Shown one piece after another: positions 1-10,085 of a stretch of 64,000 nucleotides of DNA (position 1 is its first letter; every line of letters begins with the position of its first letter). The DNA comes from Dehalococcoidia bacterium (GTDB taxonomy: Bacteria > Chloroflexota > Dehalococcoidia > Bin125). A program made the translations under genes and the position numbers. The DNA is taken from positions 704,001 to 768,000 of the forward strand of contig CAXXSR010000001.1 of assembly GCA_963662615.2 (NCBI GenBank), read 5' to 3'. A model generated the notes under the pieces. It was not told the DNA's origin and did no database searches. It saw only the letters and a list, made by a program, of their open reading frames with translations.

Positions 1-2674
1 TGTCCAGTGCCACAGTCACGACCCGCAGGAGCGTGTCGCGGTCGAACGGCTTCGGCAGAAAGGCCCAGTCGCCGTCCGGCTCCAGGCCGTCCAGCGCCTC
101 GGCGGCGAAGCCGCTCATCACAACCACCTTCAGCGATGGCGCCAGCGCCCGCAACGCGGCCAACGTTTCCCGCCCCGACAGCCCCGGCATCGACGCATCC
201 AGCAGCACGAGATCCGGCGGCTTCGCCGCCCCGCGCACCACGCCGATCGCCTCTCGACCGTGCCGCGCCACCAGCACCTGGTGCCCTGCCCCCTCTAACA
301 CCGTCCGGCAGGCCTCCACCAGCTCCGTGCGATCGTCAACCACCAGCACCGTTGCGCTGACCGTCGCGCCAGTCGTCGCGGCTGCCGGGACGGACGACGT
401 TCCCTGCTCGCCCTCTTTCCCGTCCTGCTCTTGGGCTCCGCCTCGCTCCAGCGGCGGCACGGCCGGGATCCAGATCTGGATCGTCGTCCCGCGCCCGGGC
501 TCCGTCTGCAGGGTGATGGAGCCTTCGTGCTCCCGCACGATGCCGTAGACCATGGCCAGGCCCAGTCCCGTGCCGGCCTCGCCTTTCGTGGAGAAGTACG
601 GTTCGAAGGCGCGCGCCGCCGTCTCCTCATCCATGCCGGCGCCGTTGTCCGACACTTCCAAGAGGGCGTAGCCGTGCTCGCGGGTGGGCATGTCGAACGG
701 CGCCCACGCCGGATCGAGCCGGCGCGCCTTGATCCGCAGCGTGCCGCCGTCCGCCATCGCCTTGCTCCCGTTGAGAGCCAGATTCATGAGCACGTGTTGC
801 AATTGTGTGGGCGCACCCAGAACGCCAATGTCCTCCGGCACCTCCGCCACCAACCGGATCCTGGAGCCCACCGTGCGACGCAGCAGATCCAGCAGCGCCT
901 CCACGAGCGGTCGCAGCAGCATCGCTTCGCGCGCGCTCTCGCTCGCCTGCCCAATCGCCCGCAGCTGCCGCGACAGCTCCGCCGCGCTGGCCGCGGCCGC
1001 GTCCGCCGATTGCAGCAGCGGCGCCACCGCCCCCGCGCTCTCTCGCCTTGCTTCGCTCAGGTTCGCCCGGATCACGGTGAGCAGATTGTTGAAGTCGTGC
1101 GCAATGCCGGCCGCCAGACCGCCCACGGAGTCCATCCGCTGCGCTTGGCGCATCCGCGTTTCCATGGCGCGTTGGTCGGTCACGTCCAGCACTTCGGCCA
1201 GGATCTCGCTTGACGCCGCCAGCCAGTTGAGCGTGATCTCCAGGCAGCGCTCTCCCCTCGCTGCCACCTCGCGCTTGATCTCCACTACGGCCCTTCGCCG
1301 CTGCGGCACGGAGGCCAGCGCCTGGGTCAACCGCGCGCGCTCGGGCTCCGGCGCCAGCTCCACGATCGACGCAGGCGTCGGCGCTCGCTCCAGGCCCAGG
1401 AGGCGCGCGAATTCCTCATTGTGAAACCCAATCCGCCCCGCTCGGTCGGTCACTGCGATCCCGCGCGATGGCGTTTCCACCACGGTCCGGTAGCGCTCTT
1501 CGCTCGCGCGAATCCGTTCCTGCGCCGCCAACCACTCGGACATGTCCCGGCCGATGGCTTGCGTCGTTCCGTCCCCCAGATCCACGGCGTTCAGCTCAAT
1601 GGGCACCTCGCTGCCGTCGGGCCGCACCACGCGCGTGAGCTGTGTAGCGCTGCCGGCGCGACGGACTTCCTCCAGCAGCGTCGATGCGTTCGCCCGCTCC
1701 TCAGCAGGGACAAAGGCGCTGAGGTGCTGGTCCAAGATCGCCTCGCGCGACCGCGCCAGCATGGCGCAGGCCGCGTCGTTCACGTAGAGGCAGCGATCGT
1801 CGCTGTCAAACAGCCACATCCCGTCGCGCGCGCGCTCCAGCAACCGCCGGTAGCGCTCTTCCGTGGCGCGCAACGCCCCTTCCAAGTGCACCCGGTCCGT
1901 CACGTCCAGCGCGTGCACCCGCACCGGCCCCGCCACCGACGCGGCCACTGCCCGCGACGCCACTGCCCGCGACGCCACTGCCCGCGATGCCGTGTAGCTC
2001 CAGGTCCGCTGTTCCCGCTCGCCGGCCCTGATCCGCAGCCGTCCCCGCGCCGATCCCTCTCGCCGGCAGCGCTCCAGATACCGGCGCAGCGCCGCCGCGT
2101 CTTCTCTCGCCACGAACTCGGCCAAATTCCGGCCCCGCAGCGCCTCGGCGGACTGCCCCAACGATCGCGCCGTTGGCGCGTTCACCCACAGCAGCGTCCC
2201 GTCCGGCTCGTGCTCGAATACCAGCTCTAGGCTCTGCCGGTCCGGATCGTGATCCGGCTCACCGGCAAATGGAGCCGTCGCATCGGCGAGGGGTGAGCGA
2301 GATCGATCCGGAGGCGCGCTCGCCGGCGGGACCGGCCCCAACGTCACGAGCAGATGCTCGCCGTCGACATCGCTGGCCTGGACGCGCACGTCGGCGACGC
2401 CGGCGGGGCCGTCCCGCAGCGCGACTACCGCCTCGGCGCGGCCGGCCGCCGCGGCCTGCGCGATCACGTCTTCAAGAGCGGCGCGGTCCCGCGCCTCCTG
2501 CGTAAGCGCTGACACGATCGCGTGGCCCTGGAGCGCCTTCGCACCCGAGCCCGCCGCCGGGATCCCCAAGAGTCTCAGGAACGCCGCGTTCGCGCGGCGC
2601 AGTTGCCCCCGCCTGTCAAGCAAGCAGGCTGGGTCGGCAAGCGCGTCGATCACTCCCCACTGGGCGCCTGGCAT
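1..2674 (-). CDS. Multi-PAS hybrid sensor histidine kinase/response regulator (about 4 PAS + HisKA + HATPase + REC); 3' end runs off the window
   Basis: Not in the ORF track because there is no stop in the window. Manual minus-strand translation is open from ATG 2674 to position 2: PAS segments (LLWVNAP, CLYVNDAACAML, IGFHNEEF), H-box GGLAAGIAHDFNNLL, G-boxes FEPYFSTKGEAGTGLGL, receiver LVLLDASMPG...FLPKPF. Confidence 0.9.
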   Translation of the reverse strand, partial: MPGAQWGVIDALADPACLLDRRGQLRRANAAFLRLLGIPAAGSGAKALQGHAIVSALTQEARDRAALEDVIAQAAAAGRAEAVVALRDGPAGVADVRVQASDVDGEHLLVTLGPVPPASAPPDRSRSPLADATAPFAGEPDHDPDRQSLELVFEHEPDGTLLWVNAPTARSLGQSAEALRGRNLAEFVAREDAAALRRYLERCRREGSARGRLRIRAGEREQRTWSYTASRAVASRAVASRAVAASVAGPVRVHALDVTDRVHLEGALRATEERYRRLLERARDGMWLFDSDDRCLYVNDAACAMLARSREAILDQHLSAFVPAEERANASTLLEEVRRAGSATQLTRVVRPDGSEVPIELNAVDLGDGTTQAIGRDMSEWLAAQERIRASEERYRTVVETPSRGIAVTDRAGRIGFHNEEFARLLGLERAPTPASIVELAPEPERARLTQALASVPQRRRAVVEIKREVAARGERCLEITLNWLAASSEILAEVLDVTDQRAMETRMRQAQRMDSVGGLAAGIAHDFNNLLTVIRANLSEARRESAGAVAPLLQSADAAAASAAELSRQLRAIGQASESAREAMLLRPLVEALLDLLRRTVGSRIRLVAEVPEDIGVLGAPTQLQHVLMNLALNGSKAMADGGTLRIKARRLDPAWAPFDMPTREHGYALLEVSDNGAGMDEETAARAFEPYFSTKGEAGTGLGLAMVYGIVREHEGSITLQTEPGRGTTIQIWIPAVPPLERGGAQEQDGKEGEQGTSSVPAAATTGATVSATVLVVDDRTELVEACRTVLEGAGHQVLVARHGREAIGVVRGAAKPPDLVLLDASMPGLSGRETLAALRALAPSLKVVVMSGFAAEALDGLEPDGDWAFLPKPFDRDTLLRVVTVALD

Positions 2675-2800
2675 GGCCTTCCACTGCCCCTCGCCCACCA
2701 CCACATAACCGCACGCAGCCCTCACTATGACCGATTCGCCCAGCATGATCGACTGCGGTGTTACCGCAGTGTTCCTTTCGGCCAGGGCCGGCGCGCAGGG

Positions 2801-3535
2801 TCAGCGCGGCGCACCCACGAAGCGCAGCCTGTCCACGTACGCGATCCAACCGTCGCGGTCCACCGCCAAGTAGGTGGCCTCATAGCTCCGGCCGGGTTCA
2901 ATCGCGAGCTGAGGTGAAGGGCGGTGGTAGTAGAACGGGACCCGCGCCACGTTGGGAAACGTCCAGTAGCGTCCATGGGAATACACGCCGCTGACCAGTT
3001 CGTCCCGCTCCACGTCCGACACCAGCAGCAGCGACACGGCCCCGCGCCCTCCCACCGGCGGCCAGGAGAACGACGGCGGATTGACGCGGTTTGCCGCCAG
3101 GATCTCCGCCTGCCGCACCGTGGGACGGGAGCCGATCTTCGCCCGCACAATGTTGGAGTCGTAGACCCGAGCGCCCGCCCTCGCGCGCACGAAGTAGCGC
3201 CGGTCGTCGGAGCGATTCGTGGTGACGAACTTGTGCAGCCCCATGCCCGCGACGGGCGTCGCCTCCACTGCATCGACCCGCCGAAACGCAGTCCGTCTCG
3301 CCCAACGCCGGCTGCTTGCCGGCTCGCACTCGTACAGCTCGTAGCGCTCCACGTCCCGGCCGCTGCGCGCCAGGAGCGTGACCGGGTGGTCGCGACTGCC
3401 CAGAAACTCCACCTCGCCACCGAAGGCGCAGGCGAGGACCTTCTGATCGACATAACGAAGCTGGAGGCGTCGCAACCAGCGGTTGCAGTACGCCGGCCAC
3501 AGAGCGAGGCGCTGCAGCTCGGGAGGGACGCACAT
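2801..3535 (-). CDS. Hypothetical protein (244 aa)
   Basis: Purine-rich RBS upstream of the ATG, aromatic-rich globular-looking sequence, co-oriented with neighbours; no family recognised. Confidence 0.6.
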   Translation of the reverse strand: MCVPPELQRLALWPAYCNRWLRRLQLRYVDQKVLACAFGGEVEFLGSRDHPVTLLARSGRDVERYELYECEPASSRRWARRTAFRRVDAVEATPVAGMGLHKFVTTNRSDDRRYFVRARAGARVYDSNIVRAKIGSRPTVRQAEILAANRVNPPSFSWPPVGGRGAVSLLLVSDVERDELVSGVYSHGRYWTFPNVARVPFYYHRPSPQLAIEPGRSYEATYLAVDRDGWIAYVDRLRFVGAPR

Positions 3536-3556
3536 CTCTCTCCCCTCCCGCCCGAC

Positions 3557-4135
3557 TCAGAGCTGTCCGCTCAGCTCCCTCCGCGTTCGCATGCGAAACG
3601 GAGTCACCGCTCCCGACTCCAGGTCGAACTCGTACCGCCACTGCCTCAGAATGTCCACGCCGTAGAGGTGGATCGCCAGGGTCTCGTCCGCCGGGATCTC
3701 CACGGCGTGAATGTCGGCCGGCGGCGCTGGGAGCAACGTCGTTTCGCCCGCGCCCACGATCGTCGGTTCCAGCTCTTCCAAGGTCGCGCGCCACGGCTCC
3801 GATCCCGCGTCCGTGCGTTGATAGTTCCGGTTCCGTTCCAGCCCGCGGATGACGCCCTCCATGGCCCAACTGTTGTGATTGTGGATCGGCGCCCCACTCG
3901 CCGGCTCCCACACGACCGCCAGGATGCTGAAGTCCGACTGTCGGTGGATTACGAAGCCGCGCTCCGGATCGGCGCTGCCGTCCGGCTCTAGGTCCGACAG
4001 GCAGTCGGCCCGCGCGATGATCCGCTCCAGCGGCTTCGCCAGCGCCGCGACCGTCTGTGTTGGCTCCGACCGTTGCCCCACGATCTCGCGACACTCCGCC
4101 ACGAAATCGGTCAGCGTGTAGCGCTTCGACGTCAC
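3557..4135 (-). CDS. Cysteine/3-mercaptopropionate dioxygenase-family cupin
   Basis: WEPASGAPIHNHNSWAMEGVIRGLE and DIHAVE...IHLYG (3-His metal site). Start moved to GTG 4135. Confidence 0.8.
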   Translation of the reverse strand: MTSKRYTLTDFVAECREIVGQRSEPTQTVAALAKPLERIIARADCLSDLEPDGSADPERGFVIHRQSDFSILAVVWEPASGAPIHNHNSWAMEGVIRGLERNRNYQRTDAGSEPWRATLEELEPTIVGAGETTLLPAPPADIHAVEIPADETLAIHLYGVDILRQWRYEFDLESGAVTPFRMRTRRELSGQL

Positions 4136-4178
4136 GGCGCTGGCCTGCGGCACGTCCAAGTTGCGATGGCGCGCTCGC

Positions 4179-4454
4179 TCACGACCCACTCTGCCGTTCG
4201 GCGGTGCTCTCGTCGGAGCCCTCGTCCTGCAGCACGGCGATGCGCCGGAGGATACGCGTCCAGCGGGCCCGATCCACCGGCTGCTGTTGCGGCGTCGTTG
4301 CAACCAGCCGTTCCGCGGTGTCTCCGAGCTGAAGCAGCTCTGCCCGATCGGGGTGATCGGCGGGGATCGCGTCGCGCCACTCGGACCCCGCCAGCAGCAT
4401 ATCGATCACCCGGTCCAAGATCTCTGCGGGCGCTTCGTGACGGCGCTTGGTCAT
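4179..4454 (-). CDS. Small soluble protein, putative anti-sigma N-terminal domain
   Basis: 91 aa, helical (EILDRVIDMLLAG...ELLQLGDTAERL...P), directly downstream of an ECF-like gene. From memory it resembles the N-terminus of Chloroflexota ECF-associated proteins. Confidence 0.5.
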   Translation of the reverse strand: MTKRRHEAPAEILDRVIDMLLAGSEWRDAIPADHPDRAELLQLGDTAERLVATTPQQQPVDRARWTRILRRIAVLQDEGSDESTAERQSGS

Positions 4455-4606
4455 GGCCGCATCATCTCATCACTGCCCCGCCCTCGCGCCCCGACGGCGG
4501 CTCCGCCGTGCGCCCTCAGCCTACCAGAGTGCGGTCGCTGGTCGCTCGCCGTCGCTTCGGGTCACCGCTGCGGGAACGTGACGGAGGGCCGACGCCGCAG
4601 TCCTGC

Positions 4607-5134
4607 TCAGGCCGTCGCTTCAGGCGACGATGACGCCCGCGGCTCCAGGATCTCTCGCAGACGTCGCAGCGCTCGCAGTTGCGCCGACCGCACCTCGGGA
4701 ATCGTTCGCGCCAACGCCCGCGCGGTCTCGTCGCTGGACCACCCCTCAATGAGGTGTAGGAAGATCACTTGCTGTTCCAGTCCGGGCAGCCGGCGGATCG
4801 CGTCGATCAGCCCGTGGTCGCGGACCGTCTGCACGCTTGCAGCGGCCGGCGTCCCCACCGCGACGAGCGGCCGCTCCCTGGCCGCAGCCGGCCGCGCGCA
4901 GCGCTGCACAGCGGCCAGCAGCAACGGCAGCGCCGACGCGGAATCGGCGGGACGCAATCCGGAGCCTTGCAGCTCGCAGTAGGCCTCCGCCACGATCTCG
5001 TCCGCTTTCCCCACGTCCGCAACGACGAACGCGGCGAAACGGGACACCGTGGGAGCGGTCTCCACGTGCACGTCGGCGAACTCCTGGCGCGCGCGGAAAC
5101 GCGCGCGCTGCGGGTCGGGATCTCTCTGCGCCAT
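4607..5134 (-). CDS. Degenerate ECF sigma-70-like protein
   Basis: Region 4 is clear (AIRRLPGLEQQVIFLHLIEGWSSDETARALAR...VRSAQLRALRRLR); region 2 is divergent. Confidence 0.7.
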   Translation of the reverse strand: MAQRDPDPQRARFRARQEFADVHVETAPTVSRFAAFVVADVGKADEIVAEAYCELQGSGLRPADSASALPLLLAAVQRCARPAAARERPLVAVGTPAAASVQTVRDHGLIDAIRRLPGLEQQVIFLHLIEGWSSDETARALARTIPEVRSAQLRALRRLREILEPRASSSPEATA

Positions 5135-5429
5135 GCTCCGTTTCTCCCGCCGCGCCCTGCGGGCGTGGCGCTAAAGCGCCGCTACCATGGGGCTCAACCG
5201 GGTCCATGTCAACACAGCAAGTGATTATGCAGGGCTCATCCGCCGCCGCGGATCTTCGGCCTATTCGCGCCCCGGCAGTGTTCCTGATCGCGCTCTCGCT
5301 CTGGCTGCCCAGCACGCCCCCTGAGCCGCTTGGCTCGAACGGCTGTTCCCCTTCGCTCTGATGCTTTTCCCTCGCTGACCGATGATCTCTGTAGCCGTGA
5401 GGCGCGGAAGGCTGCAGGCGAGCCGAGCC

Positions 5430-5984
5430 ATGATGCGCGCAGATGATGTCGCTGTCGAACCGTCCCACCGGCCCGGCGATGCGCCGGAGCCCTTGGCCGA
5501 TCTGTACGCCCGCCACCACGGCGATCTCGTGGCCTTCGCCAAGCGTCGCATCACCCGGCCGGAGGACGCCGAAGACGTCATCGGCAAGGCCTTCTACAAG
5601 GCCTTGCGCTCGTCTCGCGGGCCCGGGAGCGCCCGCCCCTCCTACCCCTGGCTCCTTCGCATCGCCCGCAACTTGATCACCGACTTCTACCGCACGCAAA
5701 AGCGAGACCAACCGCTCGATGGCGTTGAGCCCGTGATCGACTCGACCGAGAGCGAGGTTTTCGCCGGCCTCGTCGGCCATCGCCTGCAGAGGGCGTTCGC
5801 GTGCCTCACCCCGCAACAACGCGCGGTCACCCGCTGGCGCATCCTGGAGGGCCGCAGCTACGCCGAGGTCGCGACGCTGCTGGACACCAGCGAAGGCGCC
5901 GTCCGGGCCACCCAGATGCGCGCCCTCCGCGCCCTTCGTCGCAGCCTCGCCACTGACGACGCCGACGAGGCGGCGAGCGCCTAG
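5430..5984 (+). CDS. ECF RNA polymerase sigma factor
   Basis: Region 2 DAEDVIGKAFYKA...WLLRIARNLITDFYR and region 4 LTPQQRAV...GRSYAEVATLLDTSEGAVR. Confidence 0.9.
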   Translation: MMRADDVAVEPSHRPGDAPEPLADLYARHHGDLVAFAKRRITRPEDAEDVIGKAFYKALRSSRGPGSARPSYPWLLRIARNLITDFYRTQKRDQPLDGVEPVIDSTESEVFAGLVGHRLQRAFACLTPQQRAVTRWRILEGRSYAEVATLLDTSEGAVRATQMRALRALRRSLATDDADEAASA

Positions 5985-6067
5985 GCGACCTTCGCCCTAC
6001 CATCTGGAGGCGCGCCGGCGTGCTAACCTGCCCGCCAAAAGCGCTGGCGTCAGTCGCGACGGCAATC

Positions 6068-7423
6068 ATGAACCTCCACCGCCTCCTCCAGGAACGGGCC
6101 GCGGCCGGCGATCCAGTCCGCGTGGGCCTGATCGGCGCCGGCAAGTTCGGCGCCATGTACCTGGCGCAGGCGCGCCTGACGGACGGCATCCATCTCCTGG
6201 CCGTCGCCGACCTGGAGCCCCAGCGCGCCCGCGACGCGCTGACCGACGTGGGCTGGGACCCCGCCCGCATCCGCGCGCGCGACTTCGCGGACGCACTGGC
6301 CACCGGCGAGACCCACCTCACCGACGACGCCCTTGCGCTGATCGCGGCCCCCGGCCTGGAGGTGGTGATCGACGCCACCGGCAGCCCCGTCGCCGGTATC
6401 CGCCACGCCCTCGCCTGCTGTCGGGAGGGCAAACACATTGTCATGGTCAGCGTGGAAGCGGACGTCCTTGCCGGACCGCTGCTGGCGCGCCGAGCCCAGG
6501 AAGCCGGCGTCGTCTACAGCCTCGCCTACGGCGACCAGCCTGCGCTCATCTGCGAGCAGGTGGACTGGGCTCGCGCCAGCGGCTTGCCGGTGATCGCCGC
6601 CGGCAAGGGCACGAAGTACCTCCCCGCCTACCACGCCTCCACGCCCGAGACCGTCTGGGAGCACTACGGCCTCACCCCCCAGGAAGCCGCCGACGGCGGC
6701 ATGAACCCACAGATGTTCAACTCCTTCCTTGACGGCACCAAGTCGGCTATTGAGATGGCCGCCGTGGCCAACGCCACCGGCCTCACCCCCGCGCCCGACG
6801 GCCTCGCCTTCCCGCCCTGCGGCGCCGACGATCTCGCCACCGTCCTCCGTCCGCGCGACGCCGGCGGCTCGCTCCACCACGAGGGCCAGGTCGAAGTGGT
6901 CTCCAGCCTCCAGCGCGACGGCCGTCCCGTCTCCCGTGACCTGCGCTGGGGCGTCTACGTCGTCTTCGCGGCGCCCACTGACTATGCGGCGCGCTGCTTC
7001 GGCGAGTACGGTCTCGTCACCGACGCCAGCGGCCGCTTCAGCGCGCTCTACCGGCCCTCCCACCTCATTGGGCTCGAACTCGGCATCTCCGTCGCCAGCG
7101 TCGCCCTGCGCCGCGAGCCCACCGGCGCCCCCACCGGCTTCCGCGCCGACGTCGCCGCCGTCGCCAAGCGCGATCTCGCCGCCGGCGAGCTGCTCGACGG
7201 TGAAGGCGGCTACACGGTCTGGGGCCGGCTCATGCCCGCCGCCGACAGCCTCGCCGTTGCCGCCCTCCCCATCGGCCTTGCCCACGGCGTCCGGCTCGAG
7301 CGGCCGGTCAGCGCCGGCGACGTCATCCCCACCGCCGCCGTCGCCCTCGACGAGGCCGACGAGACCGTGCGCTTTCGTCGCGAGATGGAGCGCGCCTTCG
7401 CGCCGGTGCGGGTGCCGGGCTGA
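6068..7423 (+). CDS. NAD(P)-dependent homoserine dehydrogenase-like oxidoreductase with C-terminal SAF domain
   Basis: Rossmann VGLIGAGKFG, GDQPALI, FLDGTKSAIEM, SAF domain AVAKRDLAAGELLDGEGGY. Confidence 0.85.
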   Translation: MNLHRLLQERAAAGDPVRVGLIGAGKFGAMYLAQARLTDGIHLLAVADLEPQRARDALTDVGWDPARIRARDFADALATGETHLTDDALALIAAPGLEVVIDATGSPVAGIRHALACCREGKHIVMVSVEADVLAGPLLARRAQEAGVVYSLAYGDQPALICEQVDWARASGLPVIAAGKGTKYLPAYHASTPETVWEHYGLTPQEAADGGMNPQMFNSFLDGTKSAIEMAAVANATGLTPAPDGLAFPPCGADDLATVLRPRDAGGSLHHEGQVEVVSSLQRDGRPVSRDLRWGVYVVFAAPTDYAARCFGEYGLVTDASGRFSALYRPSHLIGLELGISVASVALRREPTGAPTGFRADVAAVAKRDLAAGELLDGEGGYTVWGRLMPAADSLAVAALPIGLAHGVRLERPVSAGDVIPTAAVALDEADETVRFRREMERAFAPVRVPG

Positions 7424-7483
7424 GCCGCTTCATCCGCGCCTGAACGAAGTCGCTCCCGAATGGGGCGCTGCCTAGATACGACA

Positions 7484-7506
7484 AGGCCGGGTCAATGACC
7501 CGGCCT
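7484..7506. terminator. Hairpin between convergent genes, probable bidirectional terminator
   Basis: AGGCCGGGTC-AAT-GACCCGGCCT, a perfect 10-bp stem between gene ends at 7423 (+) and 7737 (-); weak U-tract. Confidence 0.5.
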
Positions 7507-7736
7507 CATCAACGAGTAGAGAAGAGCCGAACTCCGAACCTCGCCGCTGCCCGTCGCTTGGCTCTCGCGACGGGATGGCGTTCTGGGTCCGGGTCCTTTC
7601 TGCGTTAGTCTCCCTGCCCGCCCCCCTGCGCGTGGTCGGGCCGTCCGGGCTCGCGCGCATCGAAAGCGGTCTGCAGTGGCCACGGCACGCCGTTGCCGTT
7701 GCCATGATCTGCGAGGGAGCTTGCGTTCGGGCCGCT

Positions 7737-8474
7737 CTAGTTAATGCACATCCCCATGTTCCGATAGCCGCCCAGGCTATCCTTGCACGCTTGTACCTGG
7801 GCGTTGCCACCGTCGCCCTCGCCCTCGACTTCGGGGTCGTCGCCCTCGATCTCGGGGTCGCCGTCGCCCTCACCCTGGCCCTGGCCCTGCGCGCCGGGGT
7901 TGTCGGGCTTGCAGTGGTCGCCCTGGCCTTGGCCCTGGCTGCCGGCGCTGGGGTCGTCCTGGCCCTGGCCTTGCGCACCGGGATCTGTGGGCTTGCCGTG
8001 GTCACCACTGTCGTTTTGGCCCTGGCTGCCGGCGCTGGGGTCGTCCTGGCCCTGGCCTTGCGCGCCGGGATCTACGGGCTTGCCGTGGTCACCACTGTCG
8101 TTTTGGCCCTGGCTGCCGGCGCTGGGATCGTCCTGGCCCTGGCCTTGCGCGCCGGGATCTACGGGCTTGCCGTGGTCACCACTGTCGTTTTGGCCCTGGC
8201 TGCCCGCGCTGGGGGCGCCCTGGCCCTGGCCTTGCGCGCCGGGATCTACGGGCTTGCCGTGGTCACCACTGTCGTTTTGGCCCTGGCTGCCGGCGCTGGG
8301 GTCGTCCTGGCCCTGGCCTTGCGCGCCGGGGTTGTCGGGCTGGCCGGGATCCTCCGGCGCGTTGTCCTGGCCGCCGCCCTCGGCGAACATCACCCCCGTC
8401 AGGGAGCCGATCGCCAGCGCCGCCACGACGAGCGCCACTGTCACTGTCTTACGAAGAACAAATCGATGAAGCAT
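7737..8474 (-). CDS. Secreted low-complexity tandem-repeat protein
   Basis: Signal peptide MLHRFVLRKTVTVALVVAALAIG..., 29-aa repeats, C-terminal CKDSLGGYRNMGMC. Confidence 0.75.
   Translation of the reverse strand: MLHRFVLRKTVTVALVVAALAIGSLTGVMFAEGGGQDNAPEDPGQPDNPGAQGQGQDDPSAGSQGQNDSGDHGKPVDPGAQGQGQGAPSAGSQGQNDSGDHGKPVDPGAQGQGQDDPSAGSQGQNDSGDHGKPVDPGAQGQGQDDPSAGSQGQNDSGDHGKPTDPGAQGQGQDDPSAGSQGQGQGDHCKPDNPGAQGQGQGEGDGDPEIEGDDPEVEGEGDGGNAQVQACKDSLGGYRNMGMCIN
7880..8345. repeat. Coding tandem repeat, 87-bp unit, about 5 copies
   Basis: TCTACGGG recurs at 8071, 8158 and 8245 (period 87). Unit is DPGAQGQGQDDPSAGSQGQNDSGDHGKPV. Confidence 0.9.
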
Positions 8475-8744
8475 CGGATCACCACCCTCTCGGCCATCTG
8501 GCGCCGGACCGCCGCATCGGGGCCCGCCCGCGGCGCCAAGTTGACCTCAACCGGTTAATGGGGGAAAAAGGCGGATTTGTTACGCGCCCGTCACGAAAAG
8601 GTGGCCATCTGCTCCGTCGCCCTTACGACCAGCGGGTGTTTGAAGAGCAAGGAGTCATTGGCGCCGCCGTCGCCGACTCTCCCAACGCTCGGCGCGGAGG
8701 CCGCTTCATCGCTATCATCCGCCCGCAACCGGAAGGCAGTCCCC

Positions 8745-10085
8745 GTGCCGCCCCTGACGGCGTCCCTGCCCCTTCGTCCCACCGCCGCGGCGCTCCGCTG
8801 CGGCTCGCTGCCCCTCCGGCAGCACATCGACGCGCAGTGCGACCGCCTTCAAGCCCTCGAACCCGCCATCCGCGCGCTGCTGCCCGAGCCGGAGCGCCGC
8901 CGCCGCCTCCACCGAGAGGCGGAAGCGCTCCTCCAGCGCTACCCCGATCCGGAGGCGCGGCCGCCGCTTTTCGGTGTCCTGGTCGGGCTGAAGGACATCT
9001 TTCGCGCCGACGGCTTCCCCACCCGGGCCGGCTCGGCCCTCCCGCCGGAGCTGTTCGGGGGCCCGGAGGCCGCCAGTGTCGCGCGCCTGCGCCGCGCCGG
9101 CGCGCTCGTCCTGGGCAAGACGGTTACCACCGAGTTCGCCTACTTCGACCCTGGCCCTACGGCCAACCCGCACGAGACCGCTCACACCCCCGGCGGCTCC
9201 AGTAGCGGCTCCGCGGCGGCGGTCGCGGCGGGCTACGGTCCCCTCGCCCTCGGCTCACAGACCGTGGGCTCGGTGATCCGGCCGGCCGCCTTTTGCGGCG
9301 TCGTGGGCTTCAAGCCCACGTACGCGCGCATCCCCATCGACGGCGTTCTCCCCTTCTCCGCCTCCGTTGACCACGTGGGGCTCTTTACGCAGGACGCCGC
9401 CGGCGCCGCACTCGCCGCTTCGCTTCTCTGCGACGGCTGGCAGCCCCCGCTCGCCGAGGCCGCCGCCGGCCGCCTACCCGTCCTGGCCGTGCCGGACGGC
9501 CCCTATCTTGACCAGGCTGCCCCGGAGGGGCGCCGCGCCTTCGATGATCACGTGGCCCGTCTCGAGTCCCGCGGCTGCGTCGTCCACCGCCTGCCCGCTC
9601 TGTCCGACATTGCCGAGGTCACTCAACGTCACCGCAATCTCGTCGCCGCCGAGTTCGCCGCCGTCCATGACGCTTGGTTCCGCGACTACGGATCGCTCTA
9701 CCGGCCGCACAGCGCCATGCTCATTGAGAGAGGGCGCGCGGTCGCCGGCGCTGATCTCGCCGCCGCCCGCGCCGGTCGGGCGCAGCTGCGCTCCCAACTG
9801 CAGGCGTCGATGGAGGAGCGCGGCATTGACCTCTGGATCTGCCCGGCCGCGCCCGGCCCGGCGCCCGCGGGCCTCGGCGCCACCGGGGACCCCGCCCTGA
9901 ATCTTCCCTGGACCCACGCCGGGCTGCCCGCCCTCACTCTTCCGGCCGGCGCCACCGCCGGAGCCGCAGCCGGCGGCCTGCCTCTGGGCCTGCAGATCGT
10001 AGGCCGCTTCCGCGCCGATGAAGCGCTGCTGGCCTGGGCGCAGCTCCTTGAGCCACTGCTCGCCCCCGGCCAAGCGCACCCCTGA
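8745..10085 (+). CDS. Amidase signature family protein
   Basis: VGLKDIF, TPGGSSSGSAAAVAAG, ALGSQTVGSVIRPAAFCG. Start moved to GTG 8745 after GGAAGG. Confidence 0.9.
   Translation: MPPLTASLPLRPTAAALRCGSLPLRQHIDAQCDRLQALEPAIRALLPEPERRRRLHREAEALLQRYPDPEARPPLFGVLVGLKDIFRADGFPTRAGSALPPELFGGPEAASVARLRRAGALVLGKTVTTEFAYFDPGPTANPHETAHTPGGSSSGSAAAVAAGYGPLALGSQTVGSVIRPAAFCGVVGFKPTYARIPIDGVLPFSASVDHVGLFTQDAAGAALAASLLCDGWQPPLAEAAAGRLPVLAVPDGPYLDQAAPEGRRAFDDHVARLESRGCVVHRLPALSDIAEVTQRHRNLVAAEFAAVHDAWFRDYGSLYRPHSAMLIERGRAVAGADLAAARAGRAQLRSQLQASMEERGIDLWICPAAPGPAPAGLGATGDPALNLPWTHAGLPALTLPAGATAGAAAGGLPLGLQIVGRFRADEALLAWAQLLEPLLAPGQAHP

Noticed and set aside
7880-8345. Regular repeat array as a possible CRISPR
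   Set aside because: The units are contiguous 87-bp in-frame repeats with no unique spacers, and there are no cas genes in the window.
7575-8558. 327-aa hydrophobic plus-strand ORF
   Set aside because: It is the antisense shadow of the repeat protein; the minus frame has the RBS and signal peptide.
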